The notes: a model not told the origin generated them from the sequence alone. Counted from the first letter of the stretch, positions 20,611-30,776 are shown. The stretch: 64,000 nt of DNA from an uncultured delta proteobacterium (GCA_963716325.1 CAVQTH010000023.1:65155-129154), one strand, 5' to 3'. Translations and numbers: made by a program.

Positions 20611-21156
20611 ATGACGGGAGTCGGATCCATGCCATCCATCGTGACACCACTGCGAAACGAGAACGGTTCGGTCATTGTCGTGGCGATGATCATGCTGGTG
20701 CTGCTGACGCTCATCGGCATTTCGAGCACGAACACCAGTTCCACCGAGGTTCAGATTGCGGCCAACAACCAGAACTACCAGGTCGAGTTCTACCTGGCAG
20801 ACAGCGGATGGCGCCAGGGCGCCCTGTGGCTGGATAACCGGGCCGCGCCGCCGGGTTGGGTCAATACCGACAGCGACGACAACACGGTTAAGAATTTCGG
20901 CGCCAACACGGCTCCGGACTCAAATACCAGCAGCCTTGCCGGCGTGACGCCGGACAACAGCACCATCAGCCAGTACGACATTCCTTACTGGTACAAGGTG
21001 GCCTTCCTGGATCCGGCCTACATCCAGGGCGGGTCGGATGCTCCGGAGGGCAATGAGAAGGGGTATGAGCGCTTTTATTATGAGATTACATCCAACGCCA
21101 ACATCACCCAGCAGATCCAGGTGCGGGCGTCGAAGGTTTTCAAGGTGGGGTATTAG
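20611..21156 (+). CDS. pilX: pilus assembly protein PilX-like (second copy)
   Basis: NENGSVIVVAMIMLVLLTLIGISS PilX-type N-terminus. Alternative start at ATG 20629. Confidence 0.62.
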   Translation: MTGVGSMPSIVTPLRNENGSVIVVAMIMLVLLTLIGISSTNTSSTEVQIAANNQNYQVEFYLADSGWRQGALWLDNRAAPPGWVNTDSDDNTVKNFGANTAPDSNTSSLAGVTPDNSTISQYDIPYWYKVAFLDPAYIQGGSDAPEGNEKGYERFYYEITSNANITQQIQVRASKVFKVGY

Positions 21157-21190
21157 GACAGGCAGCCGAAACCAGGGTCAGTCGAAAAAA

Positions 21191-21224
21191 AACGTGCCTC
21201 CCCAAAGGGGAGGCACGTTTTTTA
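21191..21224 (+). terminator. rho-independent terminator after pilin operon 2 (A-run upstream, so potentially bidirectional)
   Basis: 13-bp perfect stem AACGTGCCTCCCC / GGGGAGGCACGTT with loop AAA, followed by TTTTT. Confidence 0.85.
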
Positions 21225-21512
21225 TGCGGGTGAGGCAAGGTAAATAAATCTGGGATCTTAAGCCTATGACCGGCAGAGCCGGTTGTCTGCCGCAGCGCTG
21301 CGCAGCAACCTTTTCAAAGAACCCGAGAACAACAGGCCGCCCGTTCCTCATGCCGAGCCGGGTGGCCTCGGAGGGCTGATCATGGCAAGCCGCCGGCAGT
21401 TGCTCCTGGCCGCGGGGACCCTTGAGGCCTTATGATCAGATCCTTCCTGCGTGGAGCGATAACGGCGTTTCCATACTCGTCTTCCGGGGTTTCTCGAAAA
21501 ACATTTCAAGAC

Positions 21513-21553
21513 AAAAAAAATGGGGCGCCCCGTTCCGGGGCGCCCCATTTTTT
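21513..21553 (-). terminator. rho-independent (bidirectional) terminator downstream of the LysM gene
   Basis: 11-bp stem TGGGGCGCCCC / GGGGCGCCCCA flanked by A8 and T6. Starts immediately after the LysM stop at 21552. Confidence 0.85.
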
Positions 21554-22577
21554 AATTGGAGGCAAGCGGCGTCCGCACACGGGTGCCCGCAAAGAACTCT
21601 TTGTCGGAGCCGGTGACCAGAACGGTGGCGGTGTTCTCCTCCACGTGCAGAACGATCAGCTCGCCGTAATCTACCGGGATGACAATGTTTTTAGGCGCCG
21701 CCGCCGTCCCGAAATTGTTTTCATCGCGGTAATAGATACTGTAGATCTGACCCGGTTGGATGCCGTGCATTCTGCCGCGGTCGATAAAGGCAGTAGCTAA
21801 TTCGGCGAACATGTTCGAATGGTTCTCGGATACAATGATGGTGCCGTCGATGCCCGCCTGGCTTTTCTGAATGCCGATGCGTGGGGAGCGCTTCTCATAG
21901 GGCATGAGTTTGTCACCGAGAACAATCGGCTGATACGACTTGAGCACCTTGCCGATGGCGTAATCCGGCTCTCTTTGTAGAATTTCAACAATACCGCACA
22001 GCAGGTGCTGGGTGCCGATCAATTCCTTGGTAGGCTTGTCCAGGATCGGGTCATAGGTTCTGAAAATGGTCATGACTGAGCCTTTGGCGAGGGCGGCATT
22101 GCCTTCGGGCTTGATGTAAATGATATCGCCTTCGCTGATCATCGTCAGGCCCGTTTCACGGGATCTGAAAATCGTCCCATGGGGTGCAACCGGTACCTTG
22201 CGGATAAAACCATATTGGTCAGCCGATGAGTAGTAATAATAAATTCCGTCCAGGGGCGGCTGCGCCGAGGCCGTCGGGCCTGTCGCGCGAGCGCCCTTCA
22301 GCCGGGTGAGCCTGAGCTTTTGGCCCGGGTAAATCAAATGGGGGTTCGCGATGACCTGGCTGTTTTCCTCCCACAACTCAGGCCAAACCCACGGGGTACT
22401 TGAAAAACGCCTGGAGAGATCCCACAAGGTGTCGCCCTTTTGAACCGTGTAGTAATAACCGTTTTCCGTTTCGGTCAGCTGTGGATCAGCTGCCTGGACA
22501 TACACACAACAAACCAAAATAATTGAACAAATCAAACTTGCCGCTCCAACAGATTGCTTGATTTCTTTTCGGTTCAT
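21552..22577 (-). CDS. LysM peptidoglycan-binding domain protein (secreted)
   Basis: Signal/anchor MNRKEIKQSVGAASLICSIILV. LysM motif YYTVQKGDTLWDLSRRF...LIYPGQKLRL. Start moved to ATG 22577, which has a GGAG RBS. Confidence 0.8.
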   Translation of the reverse strand: MNRKEIKQSVGAASLICSIILVCCVYVQAADPQLTETENGYYYTVQKGDTLWDLSRRFSSTPWVWPELWEENSQVIANPHLIYPGQKLRLTRLKGARATGPTASAQPPLDGIYYYYSSADQYGFIRKVPVAPHGTIFRSRETGLTMISEGDIIYIKPEGNAALAKGSVMTIFRTYDPILDKPTKELIGTQHLLCGIVEILQREPDYAIGKVLKSYQPIVLGDKLMPYEKRSPRIGIQKSQAGIDGTIIVSENHSNMFAELATAFIDRGRMHGIQPGQIYSIYYRDENNFGTAAAPKNIVIPVDYGELIVLHVEENTATVLVTGSDKEFFAGTRVRTPLASN

Positions 22578-22847
22578 GGAAGACTCCACACGCCTTTGGA
22601 ATGGTTGAATGGAAATGCGCGGGGGCGTCCCTGGATGGTGCTGCCCCAGGATCATTGTCGTCCCTCCCGCTCTCTGTAACCCGCTCGATTAAAAAAGCAA
22701 TATTTGTGCCGAAGGTATGATATTCGGCCATCATTTCAGCAAGAAAGGCATTTACTTGAAAACACTCTGTATTAATTATTAATTTAAGCGGCAGTGAATC
22801 TGCAATGGCGCCGTGGAATGGCGCAAGCGCCATGTGGGGGATGGAAC

Positions 22848-22883
22848 AGAAAAGCCCCGGTGACAAAACTCCGTCACCGGGGC
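22848..22883 (-). terminator. rho-independent terminator of groESL
   Basis: 11-bp stem GCCCCGGTGAC / GTCACCGGGGC. On the minus strand it is followed by TTTTCT. Lies 36 nt after the groEL stop. Confidence 0.8.
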
Positions 22884-22918
22884 TTTCCGATTAGTTGTAA
22901 ATTAAGGCAGTCGGGGGG

Positions 22919-24586
<1,668 letters not shown>

Positions 24587-24596
24587 CTATTCCTCC

Positions 24597-24884
24597 TTAT
24601 TCGATTATGCCGAGTACATCGTCCTCGCGCAAAATGAGATATTCTTCGCCTGAGATTTTTATTTCCGCACCGGAATATTTTCCGAACAGAATGCGGTCGC
24701 CCTTCTTGACTTCGAGCGCGATGCGCTTGCCGTCATCGCCGACCTTGCCGTTGCCGACAGCGATCACCTTGCCCTCCGCCGGTTTTTCCTTGGCGGTGTC
24801 GGGGATGATGATGCCCCCCTTGGTGGTTTTTTCCTCCTCGATGCGTTGAACCAGAATTCGATCCTGCAAAGGTTTTAGTTTCAT
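24597..24884 (-). CDS. groS: co-chaperonin GroES
   Basis: [44 protein letters not shown] before ATG 24884. The track ORF is over-extended to 24944. Confidence 0.98.
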   Translation of the reverse strand: MKLKPLQDRILVQRIEEEKTTKGGIIIPDTAKEKPAEGKVIAVGNGKVGDDGKRIALEVKKGDRILFGKYSGAEIKISGEEYLILREDDVLGIIE

Positions 24885-25108
24885 GGCACACAATCTCCTT
24901 ACATGCTCGATGCGATTTGGGGTACTTGCCAAATGGTGTTCCACTTGAGAACGCCGTTTTCGCGGAACTTATTTTTCGGGGTAACCTTTCTGACGCCACC
25001 TCCCTTCGTGTCGTGTGGTTCCTGCATATCACCATGCGTGAGCGCAAATCCGCTCGACCATTTAGTTTGATGCGTGCACGAATCGGCCGCCAAAAAACAG
25101 GAGCCCGG

Positions 25109-25390
25109 TCAGGAATCGGAACCGGTGGACGTGCTTTCGCTCTTCTCGGGTTTGGCTGAATCAGCTTGGGCGGACTCTGATGGTTGAGGCTTGGACGATG
25201 AGTTTTTGGATTTATTGGCGTAGTCGGTAACGTACCAGCCTGAGCCTTTGAGGTGGAACGTACTATGGGAAATGAGCCTATGAAGTCTTCCTGAGCAGTG
25301 GCGACACTTCGAGAGGGGCTTGTCCGAGAATTTCTGAATCGCCTCTTCGATGTTTCCGCACTTGCTGCACTGGTATTCATAGATCGGCAT
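25109..25390 (-). CDS. FmdB-family zinc-ribbon protein
   Basis: MPIYEYQCSKCG...CRHCSG CxxC-N-CxxC zinc ribbon with a Ser-rich acidic tail. Confidence 0.85.
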   Translation of the reverse strand: MPIYEYQCSKCGNIEEAIQKFSDKPLSKCRHCSGRLHRLISHSTFHLKGSGWYVTDYANKSKNSSSKPQPSESAQADSAKPEKSESTSTGSDS

Positions 25391-25462
25391 AAAGCAAAAC
25401 CTCCCCCATCAAAGTTCTCTCAAATTCTCGCGGAGGTTAATATAGGCACGAGGGGGTATTTG

Positions 25463-26005
25463 TCAAGGATGGTAATCAATTTGTTCGTAGACGGTGCGCC
25501 AGTCATCATAAAACTCAAGGACCGCCGGCAGGCCGTTCAGGCTCACACCCTGCAGGATCGCGTGCGTTTTTTCATGCACCCGTTTTTCCTCCGCCAGGCG
25601 TTCCTCGGGCGAGGCGTCGAATCCCTGGAGAAACCGGCTGAAACGCACGATGTGAATCAGTTCGTGGGTGATGATGTAAAGGGCAAACGGCAGCAGGCGG
25701 AGTGCGGGGTTCTTTTGCAGCGCGGCGAGAATGGCATGGTCTTGGAGGCAGATTTTGTAGAAATCATACGTGGCCGAACTCAGCGATGCCTGCTTCGGGC
25801 GGCCGCGGTAACGGATGATCTGGGCGAAGGGCCCGTCGACGACCTCACCCGGTTCCAATTCAGCCAGCGTCCGGACATCGTATTTGGGGCGCAGCCACTC
25901 GCTGGTTGTCATTTTGTAGTGGTTGCTCACCAAATCTTCAGCCGTGCCCACGGCATGAGTGACCGCGGACAGTTGGTCCGGTTTGAATATGGGTTTGATG
26001 TCCAT
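25463..26005 (-). CDS. conserved hypothetical protein with HExxH motif (possible metallopeptidase-like)
   Basis: ITHELIHIVRF motif. The start is uncertain: ATG 26005, or TTG 26086 (which overlaps the PilZ gene end). Confidence 0.55.
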   Translation of the reverse strand: MDIKPIFKPDQLSAVTHAVGTAEDLVSNHYKMTTSEWLRPKYDVRTLAELEPGEVVDGPFAQIIRYRGRPKQASLSSATYDFYKICLQDHAILAALQKNPALRLLPFALYIITHELIHIVRFSRFLQGFDASPEERLAEEKRVHEKTHAILQGVSLNGLPAVLEFYDDWRTVYEQIDYHP

Positions 26006-26051
26006 GAATCGAGGCACGTTCGGGATGGTTGGTTTTATTTTGGCAGACGTG

Positions 26052-26561
26052 TCAGGCGACCGCCGGCGACCGAAGGGCTGCGGCAACAGCTTCCGACAAT
26101 ATCTTCCGATTTTCCTCTGTGTTGTCGATGAAACGGATTCCCATGCCGCGGTTGATCACCCGGTCCGCCGGGACATGGATGTTGGACCAGACCACCTCGG
26201 CTTTGAGTTCCAACGGCCCCCGGCCGGGGAGATCCATCGTAATGAGAAAACGTTCGCTGAGCGGCAGCGGGTTGGCGCAGGCCACGAAGGCGCCCCCCAG
26301 GCTGATGTCTTTGAGCTGCGCCGGAGAGCTCCCGCGGTGGCTGGCGAAGACGGCGTGCCACGAGACCGCCAGGCGAGGCTGGGAGCGTTTTTCTTCCCAT
26401 GACGCCGCTCGCAGGGGCGTGGGGGGCTTAACGCTGGATGCAGGCCCGGCGGCCGTGCGTTTTTTTAAATAGACCCGCACGAACCAGAAGAGAGCAAAAC
26501 CGACAAAAATGGCCCCACCCGTGCCGACGCTTACCGCCAGCATGGAAGATGCAGTTTCCAT
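26052..26561 (-). CDS. membrane-anchored PilZ domain protein (putative c-di-GMP receptor)
   Basis: N-terminal TM segment, then PilZ motifs: the basic stretch EEKRSQPRLAV and DISLGGAFV. GGGAGGGG RBS before ATG 26561. Confidence 0.7.
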   Translation of the reverse strand: METASSMLAVSVGTGGAIFVGFALFWFVRVYLKKRTAAGPASSVKPPTPLRAASWEEKRSQPRLAVSWHAVFASHRGSSPAQLKDISLGGAFVACANPLPLSERFLITMDLPGRGPLELKAEVVWSNIHVPADRVINRGMGIRFIDNTEENRKILSEAVAAALRSPAVA

Positions 26562-26795
26562 GATACCCCTCCCGGTGTCCACCAGAGAATTGAAACCAGC
26601 GGTCCCCATTCGTTCTGAACGGAGCCGGCTGGGTGGCGGCTATCCGACCTGGCGCCGGTCCGTTGCATTCGCGACTATACCACACTCGCCGCGCCGATTC
26701 CAAGCGCCAAAAAACTGTGGACAACGGCGGCACGGCTGTGTTAAACAAAGCTTTCCCTAATTTGAATTATTTGAAAGGCGAGGGGGGGTGAGGGG

Positions 26796-26891
26796 TTGGG
26801 CAGTGTCATCAAGAAACGCAGAAAAAAGATGCGAAAGCACAAACACAAGAAATTACTGGCCAAGACGCGCCATCAGAGAAGGAGCAGGTAA
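26796..26891 (+). CDS. bS22-like / AURKAIP1-COX24-type 31-aa basic protein (absent from the ORF track)
   Basis: The TTG-initiated ORF encodes MGSVIKKRRKKMRKHKHKKLLAKTRHQRRSR. This closely resembles the actinobacterial ribosomal protein bS22 pattern MGSVIKKRRKRM-KKKHRKLL-RTR-QRR. A purine-rich RBS lies upstream and a terminator follows. Confidence 0.7.
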   Translation: MGSVIKKRRKKMRKHKHKKLLAKTRHQRRSR

Positions 26892-26916
26892 CCCTGCAGC
26901 TTTTTAGTCAATGCGA

Positions 26917-26954
26917 AACGGCACCGGCAGCCAAGCGCTGCCGGTGCCGTTTTA
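26917..26954 (+). terminator. rho-independent terminator between the bS22-like ORF and the convergent hflC
   Basis: 14-bp stem AACGGCACCGGCAG / CTGCCGGTGCCGTT with loop CCAAGCG, followed by TTTT. Confidence 0.8.
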
Positions 26955-26957
26955 TGG

Positions 26958-27902
26958 CTACTTTGAAGGAAACCCCTTGAAGTACTTCATGAGCTCGGAA
27001 TCCGTCGACAGCACGACGGAGCTGCTCTTGTCGAGGGAGTCGTTGTAGACTTCGAGGGTCTGCAGGAACGAGTAGAATTCCGGGTCGAGCCCATAGGCGG
27101 CGGCGTAGATCTGGGTCGCTTCGGCATCGGCCTTGCCCTTGAGCTCCTGGGCGATGCGATAGGCCTCTGAGGTGATCTGCTGCAGCTCCTTGTCCTTCTG
27201 GCCGAGAACCTTCTGAGCCTCGCCCTTTCCCTCCGAGCGGAATTTTTCGGCGATCTGCTTCCGCTCGGCGATCATCCGGTCGTAGACCGATTTCCGCACC
27301 TCTTCCACGTAGTTGATGCCTTTGATCTTGACGTCCACCAGCTCGATCCCGAACTGGTCTACTTTCGGCTGCGCCTGCTCGAGGATCCCCTGGGTGATCT
27401 TCTCCCGGCCGATGGTGATGCTGTAATGGCTCTGGGGCTTTTTCTCCAGATCCTCCAAGCCGACCTCCGCGGTGTCGAGCTCCCGGTTGGATTTTCGCAC
27501 GGCATCGATCAGCTTGTGCGAGGTGATGAAGTTCCGCACGGCCGGGTCGATGATGTCGTTCAGCCGGCTGACGGCATTCGACCGGTTGTTGACGGTTTGG
27601 AAGAACTTGATCGGGTCGACGATACGCCAGCGGGCGAACGCGTCCACCCAGATGAACGTCTTGTCGAGGGTCGGGATCTGCCCCGGCTCTCCGTCCCATT
27701 CCAGGATGTTCTTGTTAAAGACGTGCACCTTTTGGATGAACGGCAGCTTGAACTTCAGGCCCGGGTCTTTGATCGCGTCGCCGACGATCCGTCCGAACTG
27801 GGTGATCACCACCTGTTCGGTTTCACTGACGGTGAAGGCCGAGTCGTACAAAATGATACCTGCCGCGAGGAGCAGGACGATCCACACGCCTTTGAGTTTC
27901 AT
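26958..27902 (-). CDS. hflC: protease modulator HflC (SPFH/band-7)
   Basis: N-terminal TM segment and an SPFH domain (VITQFGRIVGDAIKDPGLKFKLPFIQKV). Start overlaps the hflK stop. Confidence 0.9.
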   Translation of the reverse strand: MKLKGVWIVLLLAAGIILYDSAFTVSETEQVVITQFGRIVGDAIKDPGLKFKLPFIQKVHVFNKNILEWDGEPGQIPTLDKTFIWVDAFARWRIVDPIKFFQTVNNRSNAVSRLNDIIDPAVRNFITSHKLIDAVRKSNRELDTAEVGLEDLEKKPQSHYSITIGREKITQGILEQAQPKVDQFGIELVDVKIKGINYVEEVRKSVYDRMIAERKQIAEKFRSEGKGEAQKVLGQKDKELQQITSEAYRIAQELKGKADAEATQIYAAAYGLDPEFYSFLQTLEVYNDSLDKSSSVVLSTDSELMKYFKGFPSK

Positions 27903-28927
27903 TATTTACCCGCCGGATTGATGAGGTTGAGCAATGGCAGCGCCGCCTTCTGATCGGGGTCCACGATGTACTTGGGGCCCATTTTCTGAAGCACGCCGCG
28001 CATGTATTCCAGGTAAAGCCGCCGTTTGGTGACATCCTTGGCCTTGCGGTATTCCTCGTAAGTCTCGCGGAACCGGGCCGCATCGCCTTTGGCGCGGTTG
28101 ACCCGGTTCAGGGCATAGCCTTCCGCTTCCCGGATCGTGCGGTCGGCTTCGCCGCGCGCGGAGGGCACGAATTTGTTGTACTCTTCGTTGGCCTGGTAGA
28201 TCATCTGTTCTTTTTCCTGCGTGGCCTGGTTGACCTCGTTGAAGGAGGGCTGGACCGACGGCGGCACGTTGGTCTTCTTCATCTCGATCGTGACGATGTG
28301 AATTCCGGTTTCGGCCTGGTCGAGTTCTTTTTGGAGGCTTTCCCTTGCTTCGATGGCGATCTCGTCGCGTTTGCTGATGACCTCGTTAATGCTGCGGTCC
28401 CCGACCACCAGGCGCATCGTGGCTTCGGACATGTCCTTCAGCAGCTGGCGCACGTTGGCAACTTTAAAGAGGTAGTTGTAGGGGTCCTTGACGCGAAACT
28501 GCACGACCCACGGGACGACCGCCACGTTGAGATCGCCGGTCAGCATGAGCGCCACGCTGCCCGGGTCCGTACCGGGCTTCGCGCGAGGCCGGAAATCAAC
28601 CTCCACGGCGGCGGAGCCGAACTCTTCGGTCTGGACCCGCTTGACGTTGACCTTGGAGACCGTGTCGATGCCCAGCGGCAGCTTGAAATTCAAGCCGGGC
28701 TGGGTCGTTTCGACATAGCGCCCGAAGCGTTGAACAATCCCGACTTCGTCCTGGTTCACCGTGTAAAAGGAGGTCAGGGCAAGCAAGGCGACCACGATGA
28801 CCCCTAATGCGAGCGGACCGCCGGGCAGCTTGAAGTTCTTGAACTGCTTGAACATCTCGTCTACTTGCGGGGGGATGCCGCCGCGGCCGCCTTGTTGTTG
28901 CTTTAGTTTTTCCCAGTCCCAACTCAT
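27902..28927 (-). CDS. hflK: protease modulator HflK (SPFH/band-7)
   Basis: MSWDWEKLKQQQGGRGG N-terminus, a TM segment and an SPFH domain. AAGGAAA RBS before ATG 28927. The track ORF is over-extended to 29044. Confidence 0.9.
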   Translation of the reverse strand: MSWDWEKLKQQQGGRGGIPPQVDEMFKQFKNFKLPGGPLALGVIVVALLALTSFYTVNQDEVGIVQRFGRYVETTQPGLNFKLPLGIDTVSKVNVKRVQTEEFGSAAVEVDFRPRAKPGTDPGSVALMLTGDLNVAVVPWVVQFRVKDPYNYLFKVANVRQLLKDMSEATMRLVVGDRSINEVISKRDEIAIEARESLQKELDQAETGIHIVTIEMKKTNVPPSVQPSFNEVNQATQEKEQMIYQANEEYNKFVPSARGEADRTIREAEGYALNRVNRAKGDAARFRETYEEYRKAKDVTKRRLYLEYMRGVLQKMGPKYIVDPDQKAALPLLNLINPAGK

Positions 28928-29141
28928 GCCTGTTTCCTTTGTTCTCAATGATTCATTGGTCGCAGAGCTTCCGGAGATGGCCCATGGCCCGATACCGCCG
29001 CCGGCGCAGGCTGCGGCGAATGAGAAAAATGCGGACGACCCCATTACTGTTAAGGCACCCTTCCCATCAAGTCAAGAGAAATCACTTTTCTTCGACCCAA
29101 GCGATTGACGGATGGAATCGCTATCGTCATAATGGGAACCC

Positions 29142-29459
29142 ATGAACGCAGGCGACAAGAAGACCGGCAGTGCGGTTCACATCGGCGGGGTTCTCACCGA
29201 GGTGCTCAAACACTTCCGCCCCGAGGCGGAGCAGGGGATGCTGCGTATCTGGCGGGTGTGGGACCGCGTGGTCGGCGCGGACATCGCACGCAATGCACGG
29301 CCGGCGGCCTTCAAGGGGTCCATTCTGCTGGTGCACGTCACGAGTTCCACCTGGCTTCACCACCTGCAGTATCTGAAAGGCGACCTTCTCGCACGGCTGA
29401 ACGACGATCTGGGTCAGTCCGTTGTGAGCGAGATCAAATTTAAAATCGGGTCTTTCTGA
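29142..29459 (+). CDS. DUF721 (DciA-like) domain protein
   Basis: About 105 aa. The pattern W..VVG..IA.NARP..F..G.L.V.V.SS.W...L is typical of DUF721. Confidence 0.7.
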   Translation: MNAGDKKTGSAVHIGGVLTEVLKHFRPEAEQGMLRIWRVWDRVVGADIARNARPAAFKGSILLVHVTSSTWLHHLQYLKGDLLARLNDDLGQSVVSEIKFKIGSF

Positions 29460-30182
29460 ATGGACGGCGTCACCCAGGATTCATTTTTCGACGGTCGTCT
29501 CCGGCTCAAGCAGCACCGCCACGGGTACCGTTATTCGATCGACGCCGTCATCCTGGCGGGCGCCGTGCACCCGACGCCCGGCGAGACGGTGGTGGATCTG
29601 GGGACCGGCTGCGGCATCATTCCGCTGATCCTGGCGTTCCGCCGGCCCGGCGTTCGCATCTGGGGCGTCGAACTCCAGGCGACGCTTTCCGCCCTGGCGG
29701 AGGAAAACGTCCGCGAGAACGATATGGCGTCGCGGGTGAAGGTCGTGTGCGCCGACATGCGGGACATCCGCCCGGAGCGGGTCGGAGGGCCGGTGGACAT
29801 GGTGGTCTCCAACCCGCCGTACCGGCGCGGGCGTTCCGGTCGTGTGAACCCGGACCGGCAGCGGGCACTGGCCCGCCACGAGATCGCCATCACGCTGCCG
29901 GAGGTCGTGCGGGCGGCCAGAAAGCTATTGAAAACCGGCGGCCGCTTCACCGTGATTTACGCGGCCGGTCGCATCGCGGAACTTCTTTCCCACATGCGGG
30001 CCGAGCGCATCGAACCGAAGCGCTTGCGCAACATTCACTCGTCGGACGGGCAAGATGCCCGTTTGGTGCTGGTGGAAGGGGTCCGTGACGGCGGACCCGG
30101 GATGGTGGTTTCTCCGGCATTGATCGTCTTCGATGGGGACGGCCAATACACAGAAGAGATGCAGGCGATGTTCCGCGTTTGA
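29460..30182 (+). CDS. SAM-dependent methyltransferase, tRNA1(Val) m6A37 (TrmN6/YfiC)-like
   Basis: GYRYSIDAVILA, VVDLGTGCGIIPL and catalytic SNPPY motifs. Confidence 0.75.
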   Translation: MDGVTQDSFFDGRLRLKQHRHGYRYSIDAVILAGAVHPTPGETVVDLGTGCGIIPLILAFRRPGVRIWGVELQATLSALAEENVRENDMASRVKVVCADMRDIRPERVGGPVDMVVSNPPYRRGRSGRVNPDRQRALARHEIAITLPEVVRAARKLLKTGGRFTVIYAAGRIAELLSHMRAERIEPKRLRNIHSSDGQDARLVLVEGVRDGGPGMVVSPALIVFDGDGQYTEEMQAMFRV

Positions 30183-30263
30183 TGCATATGCCTTTGATGT
30201 GTGGTTGACATCACCCGGTAAAAAAGATAAAAGAAAAAGTTATTGTTTGTTGCGATTTACCCT

Positions 30264-30356
30264 GGAGAGGTGGCCGAGTGGTTGAAGGCGCCGCTCTCGA
30301 AAAGCGGTGTGCTGCTTATAACGGCACCGTGGGTTCAAATCCCACCCTCTCCGCCA
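30264..30356 (+). tRNA. tRNA-Ser (anticodon CGA), CCA encoded
   Basis: Acceptor GGAGAGG/CCTCTCC. D-arm TGGCCGAGTGGTTGAAGGC. Anticodon loop CTCGAAA. Long variable arm. T-arm GTGGGTTCAAATCCCAC. Confidence 0.93.
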
Positions 30357-30456
30357 TCCATCCAGCCGTTGATCCGGCGAGCCGGCCGGGATGGCGGGCG
30401 GTGGTTTTACCGGGCTACGGTCGCTGAGAGCGTTTTTTAAAACATTGCTGATTTGC

Positions 30457-30550
30457 GGAGAGATGTCCGAGCTGGCCGAAGGAACACGACTGGAAATCGT
30501 GTGTGCTGCTAATAACGGCACCGTGGGTTCGAACCCCACTCTCTCCGCCA
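30457..30550 (+). tRNA. tRNA-Ser (anticodon GGA), CCA encoded; prophage integration target
   Basis: Acceptor GGAGAGA/TCTCTCC. Anticodon stem CACGA/TCGTG with loop CTGGAAA. Long variable arm. T-arm GTGGGTTCGAACCCCAC. Confidence 0.93.
30521..30550 (+). repeat. attL core (30-bp direct repeat, 3' end of tRNA-Ser GGA)
   Basis: CCGTGGGTTCGAACCCCACTCTCTCCGCCA is identical to 59581-59610. The flanking bases differ on both sides. Confidence 0.9.
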
Positions 30551-30591
30551 TTAACTTTCTGATTTAATTGTATATTTTGTGTCGAGGGGGG

Positions 30592-30622
30592 TACAAATGA
30601 GGTGCAAATGGAATGCAAATCG
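30592..30622 (+). repeat. three phased 9-mers TRCAAATNR (candidate integrase/RDF arm-type sites, attL arm)
   Basis: TACAAATGA, TGCAAATGG and TGCAAATCG start at 30592, 30603 and 30614, an 11-bp phasing. Confidence 0.5.
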
Positions 30623-30747
30623 CCTCACCCCCCGACCGCTGTCCGCTGCCCCATTCAATACCTCCATTTCGCCCTCCGCCTAATTTTATTTTCTGCATAG
30701 CCGCCTTATCTTTTCCCATGCGGTTATACCTTCTATTTCGATCGCGT

Positions 30748-30776
30748 TTGGTTCATTTTTGCGGATGTGGTATAAG
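30748..30776 (+). promoter_or_regulatory. candidate sigma-70 promoter of the TA pair (TTGGTT-17-TATAAG, TG-extended)
   Basis: TTGGTT at 30748-30753 and TATAAG at 30771-30776, preceded by TGG. Lies 27 nt upstream of the AGGAGGA RBS and ATG 30803. Confidence 0.35.

Noticed and set aside
24885-25108. HrcA CIRCE element or sigma-54 promoter upstream of groES
   Set aside because: No TTAGCACTC-N9-GAGTGCTAA-like inverted repeat is visible. A TGGAAC-N5-TTGGCA element on the minus strand (about 24925-24944) has the -12 GC displaced by one base, which sigma-54 does not tolerate. A weak sigma-32-like pair (GTGGAA ... CCCCAAAT, about 24915-24944) is possible but has a 16-nt spacer and a poor -35 box, so it is not reported as a feature.
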